From an uncultured delta proteobacterium (lineage in GTDB: Bacteria; Myxococcota_A; Polyangia; Polyangiales; Houyiibacteriaceae): a DNA stretch of 64,000 nucleotides. The translations under genes were made by a program, and so were the position numbers. Shown one piece after another: positions 9,761 through 18,472 of the stretch (within the stretch, counting starts at the first letter, position 1; each line of letters opens with the position of its first letter). The stretch is from positions 32,001 through 96,000 of the forward strand of contig CAVOVB010000007.1 of assembly GCA_963699755.1 (NCBI GenBank), given 5' to 3'. Below the pieces are notes generated by a model. That model saw only the letters and a list, made by a program, of their open reading frames with translations, made no database searches and was not told the origin of the DNA.

Positions 9761-11086
9761 CTAAGGACCTGGAGGCGGCAACCGGTCGGCGAAGCGGTCG
9801 CGGACGATGCGCTTTTCACGCTTGGTCTTGGCGGACCGGACGAGCTCTTGCTCCTCTTGTTGTTGCTGCTTGCGAATCTCGGTGAGCGCACCGCTCAAGA
9901 GCTTGTTCTCGACAATCGATCCCTGGGTCACGCAGCCGTCCTTGTGAAAGGGGCGAGCAGCAAGCGGGACGCCGCGGTATCGAATCGATACGCCGCCATC
10001 CTCGTACTCGACGACGGTGACGCACTTCTTGGCCGCGGCTTTGGCCTCCGGGGTCGGCTCGAGCAGGTACATCGTACGCTTGTGGTGCACGGTGAGCTGA
10101 GCCGTCACGCGCCGCTCTTCTTGCCACGTAAAGATGTCGTCGAGACGGTCGCGCTCGAGCAAGGGTCGGTGCGCATCGTGGTTGTTTCGGGCCGGCCGAG
10201 CGAAGCGCCGATTGTAGTCCTCGATGAACTCGGGCAAGTACCGATTGGCGTCGTCCATGGTGCAGATACCCCGCAGCTGAAGCTCCTTGACGAGCCGGTC
10301 TTGAAGCGTTTGATGCGCACGCTCGACCCGGCCTTTGGCGGCTGGGGTATTGGCGCAGATGACGTCGATATTGAGGTCGCTCATGGCGCGGCCAAACTGC
10401 GTGAAGCCGTCGCCGGCCTTGGGGGCCTTGGCATTGACGCGGAACACCGCGGCTTTGTCGCTGTACAACGCCACCGGTTTTCCGTGGCGCTCGAGATAAT
10501 TTCGAGTTGCCTCGAAGTAGCTGAACGCCGATTCCGATTCACACATGTGCAGCTCCATGAGCATGCCGGTGGCGTCGTCCACGTAGACGAGCAGCACGGC
10601 ACGAGGACCACGGTCTTCAAACCAGGGATGGTCGCAACCGTCGATCTGAATGAGCTCGCCGTAGCAATCCCGTCGATGCCGCGGCTGCTGGACACGTTTC
10701 TTTCGCTCGGCGCGGGTCATCCACAGACCTTCGTCGATCATCCATTGGCGCACCGTTTCGACCGACATCGGGAAACCGTGAAGCTCCGTGAGCTTCTCGT
10801 GCGCCAACGTGGGTCCGAAATCCGAGTAGTGGCGTCGGATCATCCCGAGCGCCGTCCCTCGAATCACGTCGTCGTAGCGATTGTTTCCTGGGCTGCCGCG
10901 CTTCTTGGAAGCCAGACCGGCGGCACCGTCGCGCTTGTAGGACGCGTAGAGCCGCTCGATCTGCCGGACGCTTAGCTGCAGGGTCAATGCCGCTTGTCGC
11001 TGCGTCATGCGACGCTCGGCGATTTGCCGCATCACTTCGGCACGCTCGATCTCGCGCCGGCTCATGAGAACGAGCTCCGTATCCAT
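9761..11086 (-). CDS. IS1202-type (ISNCY) DDE transposase
   Basis: MSxREIERxxV, YxDFGPTLAHEKL, GELIQIDGCxH, YSDKxxVF, TQFGRA, AKGRVER. Confidence 0.9.
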   Translation of the reverse strand: MDTELVLMSRREIERAEVMRQIAERRMTQRQAALTLQLSVRQIERLYASYKRDGAAGLASKKRGSPGNNRYDDVIRGTALGMIRRHYSDFGPTLAHEKLTELHGFPMSVETVRQWMIDEGLWMTRAERKKRVQQPRHRRDCYGELIQIDGCDHPWFEDRGPRAVLLVYVDDATGMLMELHMCESESAFSYFEATRNYLERHGKPVALYSDKAAVFRVNAKAPKAGDGFTQFGRAMSDLNIDVICANTPAAKGRVERAHQTLQDRLVKELQLRGICTMDDANRYLPEFIEDYNRRFARPARNNHDAHRPLLERDRLDDIFTWQEERRVTAQLTVHHKRTMYLLEPTPEAKAAAKKCVTVVEYEDGGVSIRYRGVPLAARPFHKDGCVTQGSIVENKLLSGALTEIRKQQQQEEQELVRSAKTKREKRIVRDRFADRLPPPGP

Positions 11087-11150
11087 GGGTGGGGTCTGAA
11101 CCCGACATTTGAATCTGGCACAGACCCGACATTTCTATATTGGCCCTACA

Positions 11151-11216
11151 GCTCAACTGCGCAGAACTAATCGTTATGTCGCGTGGCTGGCGGAGCAGAC
11201 AGCGCGTTTGTTCTTG
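11151..11216 (+). repeat. Tripartite element copy A, right half: dif-like core plus box III
   Basis: GCTCA ACTGCGCAGAA CTAATCG TTATGTCGCGT N18 CGCGTTTG; compare E. coli dif GGTGCGCATAA-N6-TTATGTTAAAT. Confidence 0.8.
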
Positions 11217-11777
11217 CTAGGCTCCGAGCTCGGTCGGCATCTCGATGCGGAGCTCGACCACGTCAGGCCAAGCGGCGTTGTCGGGATCGAAGTAGTGCGT
11301 GGGTCGCTTCACCTTCAGCACTCGGGTTCCGATGTCTCGAGGCACGGTGTGCGCTCCGGGCCAGTCCTTGGCGTAGCGAACTGCCCCCGCTTCGACGGGG
11401 TTACGGATGAGGTAGGCGAGTGCTTCAATCGTGGCCTCGGGGGTCAGAAGAGCATGCTGCCCCGTGCTCCGCTTGTCGAATACCTCACCGGGCCACCCGC
11501 GAAGGGCCTTGGTCGTCAGGGCCAACAGCCGGTGAAACTCCTGCAGAAACCGCGGCAGTACTCCGCGCACGTCGGTTACCACTTCGTGCGAATGGGTGCT
11601 CATCAAGCAGCCCGAGTGCACGAGCACGTCGAAGCGCTGCGCGGCGAGGCCAAGGCAGTACCAGTAGCACTGCTCGAGCTCGCGAGCTTGGTCGGGATTG
11701 AGGAGGAAGTAGCGCCGGGTGGTACGCCGTGAGAGGGCCCAGGTCGTGCCCCGCTCGATGATGCGTTGTCGCGTCAT
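11217..11777 (-). CDS. HUH (Y1) transposase, RAYT/IS200-like, probably 3'-truncated
   Basis: RRxxRRxFLL, CLMSTHSHEV (HUH), YLIRNPVEAG...DWPG; the ORF ends exactly at the box III edge. Confidence 0.75.
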   Translation of the reverse strand: MTRQRIIERGTTWALSRRTTRRYFLLNPDQARELEQCYWYCLGLAAQRFDVLVHSGCLMSTHSHEVVTDVRGVLPRFLQEFHRLLALTTKALRGWPGEVFDKRSTGQHALLTPEATIEALAYLIRNPVEAGAVRYAKDWPGAHTVPRDIGTRVLKVKRPTHYFDPDNAAWPDVVELRIEMPTELGA

Positions 11778-11983
11778 AGCTGCAGGGGGAGCGAAAACCG
11801 TGCCCACAAGCACCGTCACGTTTCCGGGAAGAATTGCCCGATGAGAACACCAACCGCTGGCGGCCCGCCACGATTCGCCGGCGCCCGCAGCTCACGACAA
11901 TACAATGGAATCACCCGAACCTTGCTGCGCTTAGGGCAACGTCGGTCGGATCTTCATCCGGTTGTGCAGCTCGCGTGGCCAGT

Positions 11984-13999
11984 TCATGGACGTGTCACCT
12001 CGAAGATCGGGCTCTCTGCCGTAAAGAGGCGCGTTTCAGCGCTCGCTTCGGAGCGCTCACTCCCATGAAAGAGGACTCGGTAGGTCCCGATCTCCGTCGA
12101 CGGTCGAATCTCCCAGATGACGAGCACCGTAAACGCTTCGGTCGATGTTGGCGGCGGCGGCGCGAACGGATTGAATGGATCGAGAGGTGGGAAGACGCGG
12201 CTTGCTTGGGTCCATCTTGCGCGGGCGAACCAATCGTTCTCCGTGGCGATCGTGCGCCACTCGTCGCCATCGCGCCTCTGAATCTCAATGTACGTCTTGC
12301 GGAGGGCGTTGCCGGGATGGCCGGTCCAAAAAGAGACTGACACCGTGTCACCCTGGGCGTACGAAGCCTGCGGTGCGTCGACGATGTCGCCGAACGATGC
12401 GCCGGCAGGCGGCGCGTCAAAGTCGTTGCCGAGAACCCCCGATGAAACCATTCCGCGAAGGTCGCCTTGGTCAGCCCCATCCGTGACCGCGGTATCCGAC
12501 GCGAGCGCGCGCGACACACGGTCGATTTCCTGCTGATAGGCGGGGAGGGTCCATCTCCCGAAGATCGTATGGCCCCCCTCATACTGCTGGGTATCGTATT
12601 CCTCCGGGGTCGTGATGTACCCCGTGTAGTCGTTCGAGTATGCCGCGATCACAGCGTGCTTGCTTCGGTCACCAAGAACGGCCCGCACGGTGTCGCGCAT
12701 TCGACGGCCCGCCATCGTGGTGATCTCTCCGGGCAAGAACACCAGCGCTAGCTGCCCGATCGTGGCTACGCCGATCGGCGCCGGATCCCGCGATCCCGTG
12801 AACAAGATGGGCTTCGGGGAGTGACACGCGAGCAACGCGTCGCTTGGCGGTGGCGTGCCGAGTGCCGCCTGCACCAACGCGTCGATCCACTCGTCCTGCT
12901 CGACCATGCCCTCCGTGAAAAACGGGTTCCCGCCCCCGTCTTCAGTGGACCCCGCACCGAACGCGTATCCCTGGGCCGCGGGACAAGTCCGCTGAGGGCC
13001 TTCGCCCGTGAAGGCGTCGGAAACCTCGACATCCTCCATATCGACGGCCGTCAGCCGAACATCGATCGGCCCCGAGAGCGGCTCAGAGACGGAGTCGAAG
13101 AGCGCCATCGCCGCGTCGAGCTGCCTCTCTCCGATGATGCGAGCGCTGTCTAGATCATCGGTTCCGGGCCCCGTGTTGTCGAGATTCAAGTTGGATGTCA
13201 CGTCACCGCAGTTGGCGTTGGCGAACGCGGCAACAAACGGTGTTTCCGAACTTTGGGCTAGCCGCCGCTCCATTTCGAGCGCCGCAAACGCTTTGTGATC
13301 GCCCGACACGAACTTGTTGTTGTATGTGAGCGAGGTCGGGTGCACCGCGAACCAGTTGAGCACGCTGACTGCACCGTCCTCCTGGACGAGCTTGAGCAGC
13401 GTCATGTTGCGGTCGGTGTCGTGCTGGTAGCGGGCGCGTTCTTCCTCAGGGTTCTGCATGTAGGCGGGCAGCGAGCGCTGCGCCCCAGCCCCCTCGACTT
13501 CCTGCTCACCGATGAGAATGTGTCCGGGCTTGAGGTTCTGATGTGCCCGATCGATGGCTTCGGTGACCCCCGACACCACCGTGTCAAAGAACTCTTCGCT
13601 AAAGCCGCTTCCGTGCGAATACCCGCCCGGGGCTGAATGCGTGTGCGTCGCGCTCACGATGACGTTGTCGAGCGAATACAGGTCCCCATACTTCGCGCGA
13701 AGGTTGTCCACCACGGACAGCCGAACTTCATGCGAAGAACCCAGCAGCTCGGTGACGACGAACACGAGCCTCCGACTCTGGTCGAGCTCCCCGAAGATGA
13801 ACGCGCGCGCGGTGAGCCGCGTTTGAATCCCGTTGGCAATTTGCGTAGAGCGGACGAAGCCCGATAACTGGAGATCGACGATTGGACCTGTGATGTCCGC
13901 GGCGCCGCTACCGATCAAATAGTTGTCAGCTGGTCCAGACTCGCTCGAGCAGCCCGCCACCGAGAACATGGCCAAGAGCGCCCCCAACGAGAGATACAT
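11984..13999 (-). CDS. Neutral/alkaline ceramidase, probable lipoprotein
   Basis: GxGxADITGP, SATHTHSAPGG, WFAVHPTS, GDVT.N, GExTTMAGRR, YxxQQYEGGHT; lipobox VAGC; start uncertain. Confidence 0.9.
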   Translation of the reverse strand: MYLSLGALLAMFSVAGCSSESGPADNYLIGSGAADITGPIVDLQLSGFVRSTQIANGIQTRLTARAFIFGELDQSRRLVFVVTELLGSSHEVRLSVVDNLRAKYGDLYSLDNVIVSATHTHSAPGGYSHGSGFSEEFFDTVVSGVTEAIDRAHQNLKPGHILIGEQEVEGAGAQRSLPAYMQNPEEERARYQHDTDRNMTLLKLVQEDGAVSVLNWFAVHPTSLTYNNKFVSGDHKAFAALEMERRLAQSSETPFVAAFANANCGDVTSNLNLDNTGPGTDDLDSARIIGERQLDAAMALFDSVSEPLSGPIDVRLTAVDMEDVEVSDAFTGEGPQRTCPAAQGYAFGAGSTEDGGGNPFFTEGMVEQDEWIDALVQAALGTPPPSDALLACHSPKPILFTGSRDPAPIGVATIGQLALVFLPGEITTMAGRRMRDTVRAVLGDRSKHAVIAAYSNDYTGYITTPEEYDTQQYEGGHTIFGRWTLPAYQQEIDRVSRALASDTAVTDGADQGDLRGMVSSGVLGNDFDAPPAGASFGDIVDAPQASYAQGDTVSVSFWTGHPGNALRKTYIEIQRRDGDEWRTIATENDWFARARWTQASRVFPPLDPFNPFAPPPPTSTEAFTVLVIWEIRPSTEIGTYRVLFHGSERSEASAETRLFTAESPIFEVTRP

Positions 14000-14270
14000 C
14001 AACAACTCATTGCCGGACTCCGATGGGGCGCGGCGACAGTGAAGGATTCGTTCCATGCCAGCCTCATGTAACACGGGCCTGGCCGAGCCTACCAGGCGCG
14101 AAACGGATAGGCGCGAAGCAGCCAAGTCGGTCGCACGAACCCGACCCAGGGCCCAGGCTCCCCCTCACGAGGGTGGGAATCGAGATATGAATGACCTGTC
14201 ATGATCGGCTCCTCTTCCAATGTCTCGATTAAAGGATCCGGTACCGGCGGCGAAATGTCAGTCGCTCATC

Positions 14271-14361
14271 GCTCTCTTAGCCCATCGGGCTCACGTTGAG
14301 AGCTCAATTGCGCAGAACTAGCTCGTCATGTCGACTTGCAGCGCACTTCGTTTCGCTTTTG
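14271..14361 (+). repeat. Tripartite element copy B (intact)
   Basis: GCTCTCTTAGCCCATCG GGCTCACGTTGAGA GCTCA ATTGCGCAGAA CTAGCTCG TCATGTCGACT N17 CGCTTTTG. Confidence 0.85.
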
Positions 14362-14399
14362 GAGCGCCGAACTGCATTTCCACTCCATCTCGCTGAATC

Positions 14400-15647
14400 T
14401 CACAACTCCCTTTCCTCGCTGGACCGGTCGCGTTCCCGCTTTCGTCGATGTAGAAGGGGAATCGCGCGAGCGTCGCGCTCGGCGGCGCGGCTGGCGAAGA
14501 AATGGCGCCAGGTGCCTGGATGCCAGGTCTTTTGAATCGCCGAGCGTTGGATCGCGAGCTTTCGCTTGAGGGCTCGGGTTTCGATGGTTTGTTGAAACGC
14601 GAGTTGTCGTCGGAGCTGTTTTCGGTCGCGCCCGGCCACGGGTAGTGCGGCGATGACGCTCCGCTGAAGGTGATACTTTCGCTTGAGCTGTTCCCGCCCG
14701 CGAAAGGCAGAGTTGCGATAGCTGCTCCATGCCTCCAGGCGCTGCGTGCGCGCTCGCTCGAGGCTCTGTTCGTACTCCTTCCACAGGCTCTGGGGCGCCC
14801 GAGCCGGCATCGGCGAGTACCGATGGGGCGCTTGGTGTGCGACTTCCCGCTGTCGTTCCGATGCCGGCTGGAACGCTCCGAGCCGTTTGCAGAGCTGCGC
14901 CTTGCTCAACTCTCGAGCCACAAACGAGGCCATCACACGAACGCCGCGCTCTGCATCCTCGAATACCAGCCCGTTGCCGTGTGGCCGAATCGCGACGCCG
15001 TAACGGCCACAGATGGCGTGAACGTCTTCCCAGCTTCGTAGCTCGGTTGTCTCCAAAGCAGGCCGAAGCTTTTCTCGGGCCCAGCGCGCGAAGCTGTCGA
15101 CACCATGGTGGGCTTCGCAATCTGCGGCTCGTTGCGGGACCCTCTCGCGCTCGCGCGCCCTCGACCGAAGGGGCGTCAGGCCGAGCTCCCGCTCGAGGGC
15201 CCGAGCCCCGGTGAAGAGCTCTTGGTGGTCCCAGGCAGGCGAGTGAATCCGAAAGGTCTCTGGATGGATCTTGTTGATCGCGACGTGGATGTGCTCGTGA
15301 TCGGTGTCGCTGTGACGCGCTGCGATGTACTGGTGTTCGGAGAACCCCAGCGTATCCACGAGCCTTTCCACAATCTGCTGAAGCTCTTTTCGTTCGAGGC
15401 TCCGATCATCGGGGTGAAGTGAGATGAGCAAGTGATACGTGCGCTTGCTTCCGGCGCGGGTGTTCTGCGCTTGGATGGCGTCGACGAGCTTGCAGGCGAG
15501 CTCGAGGTCGTCGCGCCCGGTGACGCCGGGAAGGTTCGCTGAGAGGAACCACGTGGCGCGTGGCTCAGCCTCTCGCCCCCGGATGTAGCGCGCCAGGTGC
15601 CGGAACCCGCGGTTCGACATTGATTCCCTTTGATGCCGGACGATCAC
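14400..15647 (-). CDS. Relaxase, MOBP/TraI-like
   Basis: LARYI (motif I Tyr), YHLLISL, HxDTDHEHIHVAINKIHP (3H motif). Confidence 0.9.
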   Translation of the reverse strand: MIVRHQRESMSNRGFRHLARYIRGREAEPRATWFLSANLPGVTGRDDLELACKLVDAIQAQNTRAGSKRTYHLLISLHPDDRSLERKELQQIVERLVDTLGFSEHQYIAARHSDTDHEHIHVAINKIHPETFRIHSPAWDHQELFTGARALERELGLTPLRSRARERERVPQRAADCEAHHGVDSFARWAREKLRPALETTELRSWEDVHAICGRYGVAIRPHGNGLVFEDAERGVRVMASFVARELSKAQLCKRLGAFQPASERQREVAHQAPHRYSPMPARAPQSLWKEYEQSLERARTQRLEAWSSYRNSAFRGREQLKRKYHLQRSVIAALPVAGRDRKQLRRQLAFQQTIETRALKRKLAIQRSAIQKTWHPGTWRHFFASRAAERDARAIPLLHRRKRERDRSSEEREL

Positions 15648-15991
15648 CGCTGCCCTGCCAGACGATTCACCGCGCGGCGGACGTCCATGACCGAATCAAT
15701 CAGCTCGAGGTTCAGTCGATGAGAAGTCGACCGGTCCGAAACGCCGTCACGAGTGGCGAACTTGAGTAGCCCACCGATGCGGCTGAGGTTGGCATGGACC
15801 CGGGAGACTTCTATGAGTGCTTGAGCGTCGATCGTGCTCTTCAAGCGCGCGCCTCGGAGACAGGAGCGGATGACCGCGCCGCGGGAGCAGCTGGTCTGGT
15901 GAGCCAGCGCATCCAGGCGAGCAAGATCATCTTCGTCGATCCGAACCGAGATCACATGGGACTTTGGCTTGCAGGCGCGACTGCCCGTCAC
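15644..15991 (-). CDS. mobC: MobC/TraJ-like relaxosome accessory protein (ribbon-helix-helix)
   Basis: ISVR...LSRIGGLLK pattern; 4-bp overlap with the relaxase. Confidence 0.75.
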   Translation of the reverse strand: MTGSRACKPKSHVISVRIDEDDLARLDALAHQTSCSRGAVIRSCLRGARLKSTIDAQALIEVSRVHANLSRIGGLLKFATRDGVSDRSTSHRLNLELIDSVMDVRRAVNRLAGQR

Positions 15992-16374
15992 TTCGTGGGC
16001 CCCTTCCCTTCGGAGAGGTCGCGGTTGCGTGCCACAGCCTCGGGTGCGCCGGCGGCGTGTGGCTTCGCTGAGAGCGTGAGAGCCAAGCTCGCAAGCTCCA
16101 TCGCCCGACGCACGGAAAACTCAGGTGGTGCGTCTTGCAGACGCTGCGCCAACTGAACGAGCTCGCACTGCAACGTGAGCGCAGCGAACTCCCGCAGTGC
16201 TTCGATCGGAACGTCGTCTCCGTCCGCGGCCCGCAGCACGAGCCCCCGAGCCGCCTTCCGAAGCTCCTCCACTCCTACGATTTGCGAGTGCGCAGCCGGG
16301 ACACCGTGTCCCAAAAGGGTCGTTTGGTGGCTTTTTCCGACGTCTGCTGACCCTTCTTTCTCGAACAAATTCAA
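15988..16374 (-). CDS. Hypothetical protein of the mobilizable element
   Basis: ORF overlaps the mobC start by 4 bp; no recognised motif. Confidence 0.4.
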   Translation of the reverse strand: MNLFEKEGSADVGKSHQTTLLGHGVPAAHSQIVGVEELRKAARGLVLRAADGDDVPIEALREFAALTLQCELVQLAQRLQDAPPEFSVRRAMELASLALTLSAKPHAAGAPEAVARNRDLSEGKGPTK

Positions 16375-16400
16375 TGATCCCGAAGGCTCGGTGTCGGCTA

Positions 16401-16451
16401 AGGATCTAGTGAGGTATCACCCGTGGAGGTTCGAGTCCTCTCTTCCGCACC
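16401..16451 (+). other. 3' half of a tRNA-Leu (att site remnant), not a full tRNA
   Basis: Partial anticodon arm, long variable arm, T-arm GGAGG-TTCGAGT-CCTCT, acceptor strand CTTCCGC-A-CC; no 5' half upstream. Confidence 0.8.
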
Positions 16452-16479
16452 GAGTCCTCTGTAAACGCTGCGCGCGTAT

Positions 16480-16720
16480 CTACGAGGACATCGAACCGAC
16501 GGTGTACTCGCCCCGCTCGGGAAGCTGGGCCACGATGGCGTCCATTTTGTCAGGTATCAGCGTCACCGTCTCGCGCTTCCCCTTCGGATGCGCCGTACCG
16601 GTAGCGCGTCTCGGAATCCTCGGAATCGCTGGTTTGGTGCCCAACAGCTTCTGCTCGAGCATCCAGTCGAACAGTCGATTCAACGCGCTCGGACCACGAT
16701 GAGGACCGGGCAAGACATGG
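16480..16720 (-). pseudogene. Possible tyrosine-integrase fragment
   Basis: SALNRLFDWM...P...LxxxxMDAIVAQLP resembles a core-binding/catalytic domain junction; lies next to the tRNA att; no catalytic motifs retained. Confidence 0.4.
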
Positions 16721-16824
16721 GATCGTATCACATCGAAGATGTCCCCAATCCCCGCATGCCGCGCTCAACGCCTTCGGCTTATTCGCTGCGGGGGCCTAGA
16801 CTCCCCGCTGAGCTCGTCGCGCGG

Positions 16825-17045
16825 CCGACTTGGCCGAGCGTGTTGGTGACGTGTTTGTTCCCGTGCTCGACGAAGCCGGCTACGACGCCAAGGCCGCGCC
16901 CATCTGCGCCAACGCCCTAGTCGGCATGCTCACCTTCGTCGGCACGTGGTGGCCGAGGAACGCAAACCATCTGTCGAAGAAGTCGCCAAACACATCAGCG
17001 CCCTCGCCTCGATGAGCCTGCGTCACCTTCCCAAGCGACCCGCGT
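16825..17045 (+). pseudogene. C-terminal fragment of a TetR-family regulator (frameshifted)
   Basis: AGYDAKAAPIxANALVGMxTFVGxWW, continuing in another frame as VEEVAKHISALA. Confidence 0.5.
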
Positions 17046-17705
17046 TCGAGACTCGCCCCGACTGATTTCCTTCGCGTACAAGTTCGGCAAGAGCCCGGCA
17101 AGCGTGCTCATCTCTTCGTGGCAGTGCACCGCGAGAGCGCGGCCAAAGGACAGCGGTGTGAGCCGGCGGCGAACCCAAGGCATGTTTGCGACCGCCGCGA
17201 GCGTGGAAAATCGGTTTCTCGATGCAACATGCCCAAGCCAAAAGCGGCTATGGAGCTCGCACCCCCAGCGGCGCGGAAGAGCCAAGTGCACCACGTGCCC
17301 GAAGTCGATCGGTCGATCGAGAAAACCCGCATGCCCACAAACCGCAACTGCGTCGGGCATGCCTGCCAGTGCACTGTGAAAGAAGTCTTCGGGAGACACG
17401 AAGGCGATCCGCAGCTTGTGGAGGCGTCCCCCGATGCACTCATGCACTAAGTGCTTCGCCCCCACGTGAGTTCCTGGTGTCTTGTCCTCCCACTGCATCC
17501 ACACATGGTCGCGCGGATGCCAATGCCTGTAGTGCTCGGTGGTCTGCAAGTACTCACCGAACCACCAGCCAAACATCTTTGGCGATACTTCGGGCATGCG
17601 CGTAAGCACCGCCACGTGAAGAGCTCCGTCGGGCAGCCGCTCGACCCCACTCGAGTAGGGGAGGGTTTCCGGCGCCAGAAGCGTCGAGACCTCTTCGAGC
17701 TTCAT
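16995..17705 (-). CDS. DAPG hydrolase (PhlG) family protein
   Basis: MPxVxPxMxxWWF, YxxWHPxDH, HxVxExIGG, SRFWLG, HCxxEM; real start at ATG 17705 overlapping the TetR stop. Confidence 0.8.
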   Translation of the reverse strand: MKLEEVSTLLAPETLPYSSGVERLPDGALHVAVLTRMPEVSPKMFGWWFGEYLQTTEHYRHWHPRDHVWMQWEDKTPGTHVGAKHLVHECIGGRLHKLRIAFVSPEDFFHSALAGMPDAVAVCGHAGFLDRPIDFGHVVHLALPRRWGCELHSRFWLGHVASRNRFSTLAAVANMPWVRRRLTPLSFGRALAVHCHEEMSTLAGLLPNLYAKEISRGESRTRVAWEGDAGSSRRGR

Positions 17706-18349
17706 GCGACGGCTCCTAGCTGCTCCGGAATGAACAGGCGCACGATCATCTCGGTGTGGGTCTTGATGTACTCTTCTGAAAACGGGTCCTGGCCGGTTGT
17801 CAGGCTCACCTGAGGGGCGAGGGCATACGGCGTGGAAACTGCACCGATGAGAACGTAGAAGACATGGCTTGGTGGTCCGAGGGATGGACCGCCGGCAGAC
17901 TCGATACCTTGCAACATTCCTGCGAGGAGTGCGCCCATCGAAGCGATGTGCTTCGCAACGAGCCACTCGAGGCGCTCGCTCGGTCCGGTTCCCTCTTGGA
18001 GCATGAATCGGTGGAGCTCGGGGTGATCCGCTGCGAAGCGGACGAACTCCGCGAGCAGCAACCGCGCGGTCGTGACTACATCCACGCCTTGCAGGCCCTC
18101 GAGCCGCGCGGTGAGTCGGTCCCGTAAGAGCTCGAACAGCGCGTCGCCTGCGGCCTTCCAGAGGAGGTCCTTGGTCCCAAAGTGGTAGGGGACCGCGGAC
18201 TGGGCCACGCCTGCCCGCGAGGCGATCTCTCCCGTCGAGGCTCCCTCGAAGCCCTTTTCAGCGAACTCCCCGATCGCGCTCTGGATCAATCGGGCACGGG
18301 TTTCGAGCGCGCGGCGCTGCGGCCGACGGATGGAGGCGTGGTTCATCAT
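17702..18349 (-). CDS. TetR family regulator
   Basis: FAEKGFEGAST..IA..AGV....VxYHFGTKDxLW. Confidence 0.9.
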   Translation of the reverse strand: MMNHASIRRPQRRALETRARLIQSAIGEFAEKGFEGASTGEIASRAGVAQSAVPYHFGTKDLLWKAAGDALFELLRDRLTARLEGLQGVDVVTTARLLLAEFVRFAADHPELHRFMLQEGTGPSERLEWLVAKHIASMGALLAGMLQGIESAGGPSLGPPSHVFYVLIGAVSTPYALAPQVSLTTGQDPFSEEYIKTHTEMIVRLFIPEQLGAVA

Positions 18350-18357
18350 CCCGAATG

Positions 18358-18410
18358 ATTTAGCTTGATCTAACTACAAAAACAATATATTTAGGTCAAT
18401 CAACCTAGAA
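18358..18410. promoter_or_regulatory. Two tandem operator-like palindromes in a divergent promoter
   Basis: ATTTAGCTTGATCTAACTACAA (18358) and ATTTAGGTCAATCAACCTAGAA (18389), 31 bp apart. Confidence 0.65.
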
Positions 18411-18472
18411 ATTGTCCTTTCGGGGCCATGCGAGCACCCATTGGGAGCGCAAACGGAGCGATGGAGAAGGCA

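Larger units (their letters stand above)
8308..11150 (-). mobile_element. IS1202-type (ISNCY) insertion sequence, with IS30 inserted in its right end
   Basis: Left end TGTAGGGCCAATATAGAAATGTCGGG-TCTGTGCCAGATTCAAATGTCGGG (from 11150, minus strand). Right end TGTCAAAACCAGGCGTTGGTGTCCGG-TGGTTGTGCC|AGTTAGAAATGTCCGG, rebuilt after removing IS30. Confidence 0.75.

Noticed and set aside
9533..10975. Long antisense or alternate-frame ORFs (also 1331-2803, 31432-32508, 38112-39191, 40632-41960)
   Set aside because: Shadows of well-supported genes, expected in high-GC DNA
15992..16400. oriT for the relaxase
   Set aside because: No convincing RP4-like nic sequence with an adjacent inverted repeat found by eye
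16381..16452. Full tRNA gene
   Set aside because: The 5' acceptor strand and D-arm are absent; only the 3' half is present
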